Shown one piece after another: positions 1 to 8,346 of a DNA stretch of 53,106 nucleotides; within the stretch, counting starts at the first letter, position 1, and every line of letters starts with the position of its first letter. The notes below the pieces were generated by a model that had not been told where the DNA came from, ran no database searches, and worked only from the letters and a program-made list of their open reading frames with translations. The stretch is from Candidatus Dormiibacterota bacterium (GTDB lineage: Bacteria > Chloroflexota > Dormibacteria > Aeolococcales > Aeolococcaceae): contig DATDHG010000252.1 in the NCBI GenBank assembly GCA_036521675.1, positions 1 to 53,106 on the forward strand, read 5' to 3'. Position numbers and translations under genes: made by a program.

Positions 1-150
1 GCCCGCGCGCGGGCCGCGGCGCGCGGCCGCCTTCAGCTCTTGGGCGCGGTCCCTCATCGCAGCACGTTCGTCGTCCGTGAATCCCTTGGACGTCTTGCCG
101 GTGGTGCCTTGCGTCGACTTCGGCGTGTCCTTCACGGCAGGTTTCCCCAT
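1..150 (-). CDS. DUF1801/YdhG-like small protein, N-terminal part only (gene continues off the left edge)
   Basis: Reverse-strand ATG at 148-150. Translation is MGKPAVKDTPKSTQGTTGKTSKGFTDDERAAMRDRAQELKAAARRG... A basic tail followed by an ERAAM-ERAxELKA helix is the usual N-terminus of this family. Absent from the ORF track because it is truncated. Confidence 0.4.
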   Translation of the reverse strand, partial: MGKPAVKDTPKSTQGTTGKTSKGFTDDERAAMRDRAQELKAAARRGPRAG

Positions 151-619
151 GACGATTGGCCGTCATCTCCGGCGCCGCTGCGGGCCATGGCCGCGATCGC
201 GGGGCGGGTAAAGCGCAGTTCCTGGATACGGATCATGTTGCCCGCTGGATCGCGGAGGGCACAGTCACGGACCCCGTATGGTTGGTCGATCGGCTCCTGG
301 ACGACGTCGGCGTCGCTGGCCTCCAGCCGCGCGAAGGTGCCGCCGAGGTCCTTGGTGGCCAGGAGGATGAGGCCGTAGGTTCCCTGGGCCATCATCTCGG
401 TGATGGTACGGCGCTCGTCGGTGGTGATGCCGGGGTCGACGGCCGGCGAATGCAGGACTATGGACGTGCCAGGCTGATCCGGAGGGCCGACCGTGATCCA
501 GCGCATCTGCCGTGTCCGACGTTGCTGCGGACCTCGAAGCTGAGGGCGTCGCGATAGAAGGCCAGAGAGGCGTCTGGGTCGTCGTGCGGGAGGAAACTCG
601 CGTGAATGGAGATGTTCAT
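132..619 (-). pseudogene. VOC/glyoxalase-family protein split by a 1-nt frameshift near 503-508
   Basis: The N-terminal 37 aa (MNISIHASFLPHDDPDASLAFYRDALSFEVRSNVGHG, ATG at 617-619) are in one frame. The continuation MRWITVGPPDQPGTSIVLHSP...DPAGNMIRIQEL is in ORF 132..506. Together they make one normal ~135-aa VOC domain. The junction reads GGCAGATGCGCTGG. Confidence 0.6.
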
Positions 620-761
620 GGCGGTCAGGCCAGTTGAGGCTCCCTGGCCCGCGCTTCTCGATTCCTGATCGGTCGGCCAGCGGCGGGCGAGGACCTCGCT
701 GCGCGCCTCCACGCCTTGCTCGGCGGCGCGCGGATGGGCTCGGTAATGCCCCTTCAAGGCG

Positions 762-896
762 CTAGACCAACTCCGCGAAAGGACGAATGTCCGGCGAGTC
801 GTCGATGATCACCGCTCCGCGCGCCGGGTGTTCGGCCGCATACAGCGATGCGATTGCCCCGGAGGTCGACCTGCCGACGCTGAGCGTCAGCTGAGG
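762..896 (-). pseudogene. Remnant of an alpha/beta-hydrolase gene (nucleophile-elbow region only)
   Basis: The reverse strand, directly after and in frame with the MMPL stop codon (897-899), reads PQLTLSVGRSTSGAIASLYAAEHPARGAVIIDDSPDIRPFAELV*. This resembles the GHSxxG...YAAxxP segment of alpha/beta hydrolases with a degenerate elbow (GRSTSG). There is no start codon or N-terminal half. Confidence 0.3.
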
Positions 897-3134
897 TCAG
901 GACCTCGCAGCCTCCGCCTCCTGCCAAACCGGAACCACGCCGGCAGGGAGGGCAGGCGAGTGCTGAGGCGGGGCGGCGGGGGCGTGTTCGTCGGGCTCGA
1001 TGGAGAGGCGCGGCAGTGCGCGGTCCAACCACGCCGGCAGGTACCAGTTGGCCTTGCCAAGAACGTGCATGAGCGACGGGACCAGGAGCGTGCGCACAAC
1101 GAAGGCATCGAGCAGCACCCCAGCGCCGAGGCCGATGCCGAACAGCTTGATCACGCGCTGGTCGCCGAACGCGAAGGAGAGGAATACCGAGGCCATGATG
1201 AGAGCAGCCGCGGTGATGACGCGACCCGTCTCGCCTTGACCCAAGGTGACCGAGCGCTTGTTGTCGTGCGTATGGACCCACTCCTCGTGCATGCGACTGA
1301 CCAGGAACACCTCGTAGTCCATGGAGAGGCCGAACAGGATGGCGAAGAGGAACACGGGCAGGAATGCCTCGATCGGCCCCTCCCTTCCAATTCCGAGGGG
1401 ACCGGCCAGCCAGCCCTTCTGGAAGACCAGCACCACAACCCCGAACGCCGCTCCTGTCGACAGGAGATTCATCAGCGCCGCAGTGGTCGGTACCACGAGG
1501 CTGCGGAAGGCCACGATCAGCAGCAGCACTGCAAGTCCGATGACGACTCCGATGAACAGCGGTAGCTTGCCGGTCAGCACCGTCGCAAAGTCCTGGAACG
1601 TCGCTGTCTGCCCACCGATGAAGATCTGCAGAGCAGTGCCCCGCTCTGCCGCAGGAACCATGTCGTTTCGCACATGAGTGATGAGGTCGGTCGTCGCCTG
1701 ATCCTGCGGGCTCGACGCCGGGAACACGAGCATGATCGCCGTCTTGCCGTCCGGCGACAGCTGTGGTGACGTGGCCCCCGCCACGTCCGCGGTCGACAGG
1801 ACGCTCGTCCTGAAGGCGTTGAGTGCCGTGACACCTGCGGGCGAAGAGACGGCCGCGACGACCTCGAGAGGCCCGTTGAACCCCGGGCCGAACCCCTGCG
1901 CCAGGAGGTCGTAGGCGCGGCGCGTGGTCATCGACGTCGCGTCGTTGCCCTGGTCGCTTGAGCCCAGCCGGATCGAGAGGAACGGCATGGCGAGCGCGCC
2001 CATGACCGCGACCGCGAGCAACGCCACCCGCATCGGGCGTCGCTCGATTCCCCGCGCCCACCGGCACCAGAAGCCGCTCGCGGCCGCTGTGGCGCCCGGC
2101 GACATGGCGGCAAGCTCTCGCCGCTGCTTGCGGCTGAGAGCGCGAACGCCGAGGAATCCGAGCAGTGCGGGCAGCAGCGAGACGGCGGCGAACATGGTCA
2201 TGGCGACGCCGATGGCTGCGGCGACCGCCACGCCGTTGAGGAACGACACGCGAAGTACGAGCATCCCGAGCAGCGCGATGCAGACCGTCGTCCCGGCGAA
2301 AAGCACGGCGCGACCGGAGGTGTTCAGGGCGCTGACGGCGGCCTCTTCGACGTTCATCCCACGCCGCAGGTTGGCGCGGTGCCGGGTCACAACGAACAGC
2401 GCGTAGTCAACCCCCACACCGAGTCCGATGAGGAGAGTCAGGCTCGACGAGAACGAGGCGATGGTGATCGCGTGGGAGAGCAACGCGATAAGCGAGAGGG
2501 CTGCTCCGAGCGCGACGCCGGCGGTGACCAGGGGGAGCGCCATGGCCAGGGCGGATCCGAAGGCGACGAAGAGGATGACGGCGGCGGCGAGAACGCCGAC
2601 GAGCGCGCTGGCTCCCAGCGCACCGCCCTGTGATGCGCGGGCGATGGTGACGCCGCCAAGCTCGACCTGAACCGCCGGGCTGGCAGCAGACTGGGCGGTC
2701 TCGACCGCTCGCTGCACGTTCGCTGTCGCGATCTCGTTGCCGCGCCCGTCGAATGTGATCGTCGCGAACGCGACGGTGCGGTCGGCGCTGATCTGCTGGC
2801 GCCCGGCAGTCGTGTACGGGCTCGTCACGGAGCGCACCTGAGCAGCTCTGACCACGGACGCCAGCATCGGGTCGATGCGGGCGCGGACGGCGTCGTCGTC
2901 GACCGTGCCGGACAGCGCCTTCCAGACGATCGTGTCGCTCTCCCCAGCCTGCTGCGGGAAGTCGCGGGCCAGCAGGTCGTATGCGCTCTGCGAGTCCGTG
3001 TTGGGCAGCGAGAAGCTGTCCTTGTAATCCGAGCCGGCAACCCGGCTCGCCACGACGAGCGCCACAAGCGCCGCTGCCCAGGCTGCGACGACGAGGCGGC
3101 GGTGGCGATAGAACCAGCGAGCAAGGGCGGCCAT
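897..3134 (-). CDS. MMPL-family (RND superfamily) membrane transporter
   Basis: ORF 897..3152. It has the two-fold MMPL architecture with large extracytoplasmic loops and 12 hydrophobic segments. ATG at 3132-3134 is preferred over GTG 3152 because GGAGGA lies 5 nt upstream (MAALARWFYRHRRLVV...). Confidence 0.9.
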   Translation of the reverse strand: MAALARWFYRHRRLVVAAWAAALVALVVASRVAGSDYKDSFSLPNTDSQSAYDLLARDFPQQAGESDTIVWKALSGTVDDDAVRARIDPMLASVVRAAQVRSVTSPYTTAGRQQISADRTVAFATITFDGRGNEIATANVQRAVETAQSAASPAVQVELGGVTIARASQGGALGASALVGVLAAAVILFVAFGSALAMALPLVTAGVALGAALSLIALLSHAITIASFSSSLTLLIGLGVGVDYALFVVTRHRANLRRGMNVEEAAVSALNTSGRAVLFAGTTVCIALLGMLVLRVSFLNGVAVAAAIGVAMTMFAAVSLLPALLGFLGVRALSRKQRRELAAMSPGATAAASGFWCRWARGIERRPMRVALLAVAVMGALAMPFLSIRLGSSDQGNDATSMTTRRAYDLLAQGFGPGFNGPLEVVAAVSSPAGVTALNAFRTSVLSTADVAGATSPQLSPDGKTAIMLVFPASSPQDQATTDLITHVRNDMVPAAERGTALQIFIGGQTATFQDFATVLTGKLPLFIGVVIGLAVLLLIVAFRSLVVPTTAALMNLLSTGAAFGVVVLVFQKGWLAGPLGIGREGPIEAFLPVFLFAILFGLSMDYEVFLVSRMHEEWVHTHDNKRSVTLGQGETGRVITAAALIMASVFLSFAFGDQRVIKLFGIGLGAGVLLDAFVVRTLLVPSLMHVLGKANWYLPAWLDRALPRLSIEPDEHAPAAPPQHSPALPAGVVPVWQEAEAARS

Positions 3135-3173
3135 GACGATCCTCCGAGCCACCCGCGGCGGCCTTACTGCATA

Positions 3174-3222
3174 TGAGACGCTGCTATACTACCTAGGCCA
3201 TAACTGATATGCAAGCGTCTCA
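3174..3222. promoter_or_regulatory. Perfect 9-bp inverted repeat (TGAGACGCT / AGCGTCTCA) in the AT-richer MMPL-TetR divergent region; candidate operator/promoter zone
   Basis: Arms at 3174-3182 and 3214-3222. CCTTACT is repeated at 3162-3168 and 3223-3229. A TATACT -10-like hexamer lies at 3185-3190, 18 nt before the tetR ATG. Confidence 0.35.
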
Positions 3223-3796
3223 CCTTACTCGGCACCTGCGGGCGGACGCCCTTCGGAACGAGGCGGCCGTCCTGGACGCGGCGACCCGCGTGCTCACCGA
3301 GAACCCCGCGGCCACCATCCCCGACATCGCCGCCGCCTCCGGGGTCGCGCGAGCGACCATCTACCGCCGCTTTCCCACGCGCGACGCGCTGCTCGGTGCC
3401 CTCATGGAACGCGGCCTTGCAGAGGTCACGGACGCGCTCGCGACTGCGCGCCTGGAGGAGGGGAGCGCCCGCGAGGCCCTCGGGCGGCTCGTCGCGGTAT
3501 TGGTCGCTGTCGGCGACCGTTACCGCTTCCTGCTCACCGAGGCACGCCGGCCGGACCCCGCCCACAAGCAGGTCGCGGACCACCTGTTCCGAGGTCAGCT
3601 CATCGCCCTGATCGAGCGTGGCCAGCGCAGCGGCGAGTTCCGCCTCGATGTCCCGGCCACATGGGCGTACGCCGTCCTCGGACAGGTCATCGAGGCCGGA
3701 CTCCTCGAGAATTCGCTGCGCGGCTACGGCCCGCAGGAGACGATCCGCCTCGTCGTGACCACGCTCATGGATGGTCTCGCGGCGGCGCCTCGCTGA
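3209..3796 (+). CDS. TetR/AcrR-family transcriptional regulator
   Basis: N-terminal HTH: AAVLDAATRVLTENPAATIPDIAAASGVARATIYRRFPTRDALL. It is divergent from the MMPL gene, which is the classic TetR-transporter arrangement. Confidence 0.9.
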   Translation: MQASHLTRHLRADALRNEAAVLDAATRVLTENPAATIPDIAAASGVARATIYRRFPTRDALLGALMERGLAEVTDALATARLEEGSAREALGRLVAVLVAVGDRYRFLLTEARRPDPAHKQVADHLFRGQLIALIERGQRSGEFRLDVPATWAYAVLGQVIEAGLLENSLRGYGPQETIRLVVTTLMDGLAAAPR

Positions 3797-4051
3797 TCAT
3801 GGATGGAACCGCGGCCGGCTGAAGGGCCAGGCGGTGGTGACCCACTGCGGAACTAAGGCGTCGAGCACTTGCGCGAGCGCGCCGCCGGCGCGGTCGTCGA
3901 CCACCCACCAGGAGACCACGACGTCGGCGTTGCCGTCGCCCTTCTGGGGGCCGACGCTCTGATCCACCGAAGCACGCGGCCTGTGCGGCCGAGGTCGGGG
4001 CTGTGGCATGATCCCGCCAATGACGACTTTACCGATCAAGATTGTCATCAT
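3797..4051 (-). CDS. Small hypothetical protein (possibly only the GTG-3967 form, 56 aa)
   Basis: ORF 3797..4051. The 3' two thirds show strong G/C third-position bias consistent with coding (…GNADVVVSWWVVDDRAGGALAQVLDALVPQWVTTAWPF…). No family recognised. The 5' part overlaps the cysH upstream region. Confidence 0.25.
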   Translation of the reverse strand: MMTILIGKVVIGGIMPQPRPRPHRPRASVDQSVGPQKGDGNADVVVSWWVVDDRAGGALAQVLDALVPQWVTTAWPFSRPRFHP

Positions 4052-4060
4052 TAGCCGGGC

Positions 4061-4810
4061 GTGACCCAGCTAACGCGCGCCGTGGTCGACGTCGAGCTGC
4101 CCGAACTCGAGAGCGCCACCGCCGAGGTGGCGGTGGCATGGGCGCTGCGGAGCTTCGCCCGGGGTCGGGTGGCGGTGGTGACCGCCCTCCAGAAGGAGGG
4201 CATGGTGGTGGTCGACCTGGCTCTACGCCTCGACCCGGCGGTCCGGATCGCGACGATCGACACCGGCCGGCTCCCCGCGGAAACCCACGCGTTCCTCGAC
4301 ACAGCCCGCGCCCGCTACCGACGCGACATCGAGGTGCGCCGGCCGCAACCGGACCGCGTGGTCGATTTCTTGGCCGCTCACGGACCCGATGCCTTCGCCA
4401 TCTCGCCCGAGCTGCGCCTGGCGTGTTGTGAGCTCCGCAAGGTCGAGCCCGCCGCCGAGCTGCTCGGTGGCCTGGACTGCTGGCTGACCGGGCTGCGTCG
4501 CGGCCACTCGTCCCTGCGAGCGGACACGCCGGTGGCGGAGCGCGACCATGCTCACGGCGGCATCGTCAAGGTCAATCCGCTCGCCGCCTGGAGCGAGGCC
4601 CAGGTCGACGCCTACTTGGCCGAGCACGCGGTCCCGGTGCATCCCCTATATGCGCAGGGGTATCGCAGCATCGGCTGCGCCCCCTGCACGCGGGCCGTGT
4701 CCCCGGGTGCGGACATCCGCAGCGGCCGCTGGTGGTGGGAGCAGGGCGTGGATACCGAGTGCGGCATCCACCGGCGCCCCCGGCTGGCGGGCGTAGGAGG
4801 CGAGGCGTGA
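4061..4810 (+). CDS. cysH: Adenylylsulfate (APS)/PAPS reductase, Fe-S-cluster type
   Basis: PAPS_reduct fold. Contains the CC pair ([12 protein letters not shown]), the CxxC motif ([11 protein letters not shown]) and the C-terminal catalytic ECGIH motif. Confidence 0.9.
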   Translation: MTQLTRAVVDVELPELESATAEVAVAWALRSFARGRVAVVTALQKEGMVVVDLALRLDPAVRIATIDTGRLPAETHAFLDTARARYRRDIEVRRPQPDRVVDFLAAHGPDAFAISPELRLACCELRKVEPAAELLGGLDCWLTGLRRGHSSLRADTPVAERDHAHGGIVKVNPLAAWSEAQVDAYLAEHAVPVHPLYAQGYRSIGCAPCTRAVSPGADIRSGRWWWEQGVDTECGIHRRPRLAGVGGEA

Positions 4811-5364
4811 GCGGGCGGCGCGGGGTCACGGTGTGGTTCACGGGACTGAGCGGGGCCGGCAAGTCGACGATCAGCGCCGCGCTCGAGGTTCGGCTGCGCG
4901 AGCGCGGACTGCCGGTCGAGCTTCTGGACGGCGATGTCGTCCGCGAGAACCTGAGCAAGGGATTGGGCTTCAGCAAGGAGGACAGGGACGCCAACATCCG
5001 GCGCATCGGGTTCGTGGCCGAGCTGCTGACCCGGCACCGAGTGGTCGTGCTGGTGGCGGCCATCAGCCCGTATCGCGCCGTGCGCGACGAGGTTCGGGCC
5101 CGCATCGGCAATTTCGTGGAGATCCACGTCCGGGCCTCGCTCGACTCGCTGATTGCGCGCGACGTCAAGGGGCTCTACCGGAGGGCGCTGGCCGGAGAGA
5201 TCGCCAACTTCACCGGGGTGAGCGACCCGTACGAGGCACCACTCGCCCCCGAGCTAGTCATCGAAACCGACGTAGGGGAGAGCGTGGAGGCCTCCGTGGC
5301 ACGCATCCTGGCGGTGCTCGAGGCGGCGGGATACCTGCCTGCGCTCGCCGAGGCCGCGGCCTGA
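4807..5364 (+). CDS. cysC: Adenylylsulfate kinase
   Basis: [16 protein letters not shown]-loop and an APS-kinase body. The GTG start at 4807 overlaps the cysH TGA (GTGA). The upstream 25 codons of ORF 4732.. are Arg/Gly-rich junk. Confidence 0.9.
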   Translation: MSGRRGVTVWFTGLSGAGKSTISAALEVRLRERGLPVELLDGDVVRENLSKGLGFSKEDRDANIRRIGFVAELLTRHRVVVLVAAISPYRAVRDEVRARIGNFVEIHVRASLDSLIARDVKGLYRRALAGEIANFTGVSDPYEAPLAPELVIETDVGESVEASVARILAVLEAAGYLPALAEAAA

Positions 5365-7238
5365 TGGGCACCGACCTCCGCGCCCACGGTGCTGAGATCC
5401 TGCGCCCGCCAGAGGAGCTGACCAAGGTCGAGAGCGTCAAGGCGGCCTCGCGCCAGCTGCGCGGCACGATCGCCGACGAGCTGCGGAGTAACGCTCCGGA
5501 CTTCAGCGATCCGGCGGAGTCGCTGCTCAAGTTCCACGGCGTCTACCAGCAGGATGATCGCGACGCGCGCAAGGCGGCCCGGCAGAGCGGTGGCAGCAAA
5601 CAGCACATCATGATGGTGCGCACCCGAATTCCCGGCGGCGTCGTGTCCGCCGAGGCGTACCTGGCGCACGACGAGGTGGCGGGACGCCATGCCAACGGCA
5701 CGCTGCGCATCACCACGCGCCAGGACCTGCAGCTCCACGGAGTGCTCAAGGGGGACCTGAAGGCCACCATCCGGCGCATCAACGAGGGGCTGCTCACCAC
5801 CCTGGGCGGCTGCGGCGACCAGGAGCGCAACATCATGTGCTGCCCGCTGCCGCGCAAGGACGCGTTCAGTGGTGAGATAACCGAGGCGCTGCGGGGCCTG
5901 GTGCGCAACCTGACGCCCACGACCCAGGCGTACACGGAGATCTGGCTCGACGGCATCCAGTTGACGGGCACCGAGCCGGAGGTCGACGAGCTCTACGGCC
6001 CCACCTATCTGCCACGCAAGTTCAAGACAGCGGTCGCTCCCGAGGGCGACAACTGCGTCGATGTCTACAGCAACGACCTGGGCCTGGTCGCCCACCGTGC
6101 CCTGGGCGGCGGCCTCGAGGGCTTCACGGTGCTGGTCGGCGGTGGCCTCGGGCGCACCCACCACAAGCCCGACACGTTCCCGCTGCTCTCCCAGCCGATG
6201 GCCTCCGTCACCCCCGACCAGGCCATCCCCGCTGCGCGGGCCGTGGTCGCCGTGCAGCGCGATTTCGGCAACCGCCACGACCGCAAGCACGCGCGGCTCA
6301 AGTACCTCATCCACGAACGCGGGCTCGACTGGTTCCGCGCCCGTGTGCAGGAGCAGCTCCGCTTCACGCTCGCCGCCCCGCACCCGGTGCGCTGGGACGA
6401 GTATGACGACCACCTCGGCTGGTACCAGCAGGGCGACGGCTTTCTCGCCTATGGGCTGTTCGTCGAGAACGGCCGCATCCAGGACACTCCCGAGCTGCCG
6501 CTGCGAACCCTGTTGCGCCGCCTGGTCGAGGAGCTGCGCCCGCGGGTCGTCCTGACGCCGCAGCAGAACCTCATCCTGTCGGGCATCGCGCCGCGGGATC
6601 GCGGTCGTGTCGAGGAGCTGCTCGCCGTCAACGCGGTCCGCCCGCTGCAGGCGCTGCCGATGAGCCTTCGTCACAGCATGGCCTGTCCGGCACTGCCCAC
6701 CTGCGGCCAGGCCGTGGCCGAGGCCGAGCGGGTGGCCCCGGCGCTCATCCGCCAGGTCGACGGAGTGATCCGCGAGCTGGGCCTGCAGGGAAAGCGCATC
6801 TCCTACCGCATGACGGGTTGCCCCAATGCCTGCGTGCGCCCGTATCTCGGTGACGTCGGCATCGTCGGCACAACTCTGGGCAAGTACGACATCCACCTCG
6901 GTGGGGACATCGAAGGCACTCGGCTCAATGCCGTCTTCGCCCAGAACGTCCCGCTGGAGCGCATCGCCGCCGTCCTGCGCCCGGCATTGGAGGCCTTCGC
7001 CACGTGGCGCGTGCCGGGTGAGACCTTCGGCGGCTTCTGCCACCGCGTGGGCGTGGATACACTGGCCGCGCGGGTGCGGCCGGCGGAGTGGCCGACAGCT
7101 CCCGTCCTCACCGACGCTCCCGCGGCCTCGGCAATCGCGGACGCGGTCGTCCTGGTTGCGGCCGCCAACGGCACCAACGGCAGCCACGGAAGCAACGGCA
7201 AGCCAGCTTCCGCACCCGTCGAGGCCGGGCGCCGGTGA
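5364..7238 (+). CDS. sir: Sulfite reductase hemoprotein (ferredoxin/NirA-SirA type)
   Basis: Real start is ATG 5364, overlapping the cysC TGA by 1 nt. Contains KFHGVYQQDDRD and the siroheme/4Fe-4S cysteine motifs MACPALPTCGQA and GCPNACVRP. ORF 4833.. is an artefactual N-terminal extension. Confidence 0.9.
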   Translation: MGTDLRAHGAEILRPPEELTKVESVKAASRQLRGTIADELRSNAPDFSDPAESLLKFHGVYQQDDRDARKAARQSGGSKQHIMMVRTRIPGGVVSAEAYLAHDEVAGRHANGTLRITTRQDLQLHGVLKGDLKATIRRINEGLLTTLGGCGDQERNIMCCPLPRKDAFSGEITEALRGLVRNLTPTTQAYTEIWLDGIQLTGTEPEVDELYGPTYLPRKFKTAVAPEGDNCVDVYSNDLGLVAHRALGGGLEGFTVLVGGGLGRTHHKPDTFPLLSQPMASVTPDQAIPAARAVVAVQRDFGNRHDRKHARLKYLIHERGLDWFRARVQEQLRFTLAAPHPVRWDEYDDHLGWYQQGDGFLAYGLFVENGRIQDTPELPLRTLLRRLVEELRPRVVLTPQQNLILSGIAPRDRGRVEELLAVNAVRPLQALPMSLRHSMACPALPTCGQAVAEAERVAPALIRQVDGVIRELGLQGKRISYRMTGCPNACVRPYLGDVGIVGTTLGKYDIHLGGDIEGTRLNAVFAQNVPLERIAAVLRPALEAFATWRVPGETFGGFCHRVGVDTLAARVRPAEWPTAPVLTDAPAASAIADAVVLVAAANGTNGSHGSNGKPASAPVEAGRR

Positions 7239-8344
7239 GCGAGGCCACTGCCCGGCTGGCCACCACGGGGACCGCCGCGCGCATCCCCCTCGACGCCCGG
7301 CAGCAGGCTGACGTCCACTGCCTCGCGATCGGAGCCTTCAGTCCGCTGAGCGGCTTCCTGGGGTCTGAGGACCACGAGAGCGTCTGCGCCACCATGCGGC
7401 TGCGCAGCGGCGCGGTGTGGTCTCTGCCGGTGGTGCTCGCGGTCGACGCCGCCACGGCCGCGCGTCGTCGCCCCGGAGAGACCGTCGTGCTCCTCGGCAC
7501 TGACGGCGAGCCTCTGGCGCTCCTCGACGTCGAGGAGGTGTACCGCGTGGACTTGGAGGCCGAGGTGGAGCGCTGCTACGGGACGGCCGACCCGGCGCAT
7601 CCCGGCGTGGTCGCACGGCTGGCCCAGGGCGAGGATTGCATCGCCGGCCCAGTCCAGGCTCTGCGCATCCCCCGAACCCCGTTCCCCGAGCACGACCTGA
7701 CCCCCGCGCAGGCCAGGGCCCGGTTCAGCGACCTCGGCTGGCGCACGATTGTCGGATTCCAGACGCGTAATCCCGTGCACCGCGCTCACGAGTACCTGCA
7801 CAAGGTGGCCCTCGAGTCGATCGACGGGCTCTTCCTCCAGCCGCTGGTCGGTGAGACCAAGGACGACGACATCCCCGCGGCCGTGCGCATGCGCTGCTAC
7901 CAGGCGCTCCTCGACGGATACTACCCACCCGGCCGCGTGGTGCTCGGCACCTTCCCGGCGGCGATGCGCTATGCGGGGCCTCGTGAGGCCGTCCTTCACG
8001 CATGTGTCCGGCGCAACTACGGATGCACGCACTTCATCGTTGGCCGAGATCATGCCGGGGTTGGCAACTACTACGGGACCTACGACGCGCAGCGGATCTT
8101 CGCGGGGATCGACAGGACCGCTCTGGGGATCGAGATCCTGCCCTTCGAGCACACCTTCTGGTGCGGCGCCTGCGAGGCCATGGCGAGCTCGCGCACCTGC
8201 CCCCACGATCGCGCGCACCACCTCGTGCTGAGCGGGACGCGGGTGCGCGAGATGCTCAGCGCCGGGGAGCTGCCGCCCGCCGAGTTCAGCCGGCCCGAGG
8301 TCGCCCGAATCCTCATCGAAGCAACCGACGGCGCCGCCGCATAA
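7235..8344 (+). CDS. sat: Sulfate adenylyltransferase (homo-oligomeric ATP sulfurylase, Sat type)
   Basis: Motifs QTRNPVHRAHEYL and GRDHAGVGNYYG. GTG 7235 overlaps the sir TGA (GTGA). Confidence 0.9.
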   Translation: MSEATARLATTGTAARIPLDARQQADVHCLAIGAFSPLSGFLGSEDHESVCATMRLRSGAVWSLPVVLAVDAATAARRRPGETVVLLGTDGEPLALLDVEEVYRVDLEAEVERCYGTADPAHPGVVARLAQGEDCIAGPVQALRIPRTPFPEHDLTPAQARARFSDLGWRTIVGFQTRNPVHRAHEYLHKVALESIDGLFLQPLVGETKDDDIPAAVRMRCYQALLDGYYPPGRVVLGTFPAAMRYAGPREAVLHACVRRNYGCTHFIVGRDHAGVGNYYGTYDAQRIFAGIDRTALGIEILPFEHTFWCGACEAMASSRTCPHDRAHHLVLSGTRVREMLSAGELPPAEFSRPEVARILIEATDGAAA

Positions 8345-8346
8345 CC

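Noticed and set aside
66-72. Additional GTTCGTC/ACGAAC cores that might be further ECF-type promoters, at 66-72, 6457-6464, 22145-22152, 20853-20861, 24813-24820 and 48055-48061.
   Set aside because: None has a TGTC element at the required 17-nt spacing. All lie inside coding regions.
3965-4060. SAM/S-box-type riboswitch or T-box upstream of the sulfur assimilation operon.
   Set aside because: The non-coding space before cysH is too short, and it lacks the conserved multi-helix junction sequences. Only a weak inverted repeat is present.
4833-5363. Long N-terminal extensions of real genes in the ORF track. Examples are 4833.. for sir, 7088.. for sat, 8002.. for the binding protein, 9318.., 10204.., 24405..25142, 24872..26197, 35988..37484, 38725.., 42534..43433, 43235..44503, 44004.. 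and 47705..49735.
   Set aside because: The extensions overlap the preceding gene in another frame and are compositionally junk. Each is superseded by an internal start that has a Shine-Dalgarno or a start/stop overlap with the upstream gene.
5175-7187. 670-aa ORF on the minus strand opposite the sulfite reductase gene. The same applies to 6803..8503, 8718..10178, 12180..13538, 12269..13417, 29034..30950, 31472..33166, 33006..34973, 34637..36109, 41841..43292 and 48068..49636.
   Set aside because: These are Arg/Gly/Pro/Ala-dominated, low-complexity translations antisense to genes with clear family motifs. This is the expected artefact of stop-codon scarcity in ~70% GC DNA. No recognisable domains.
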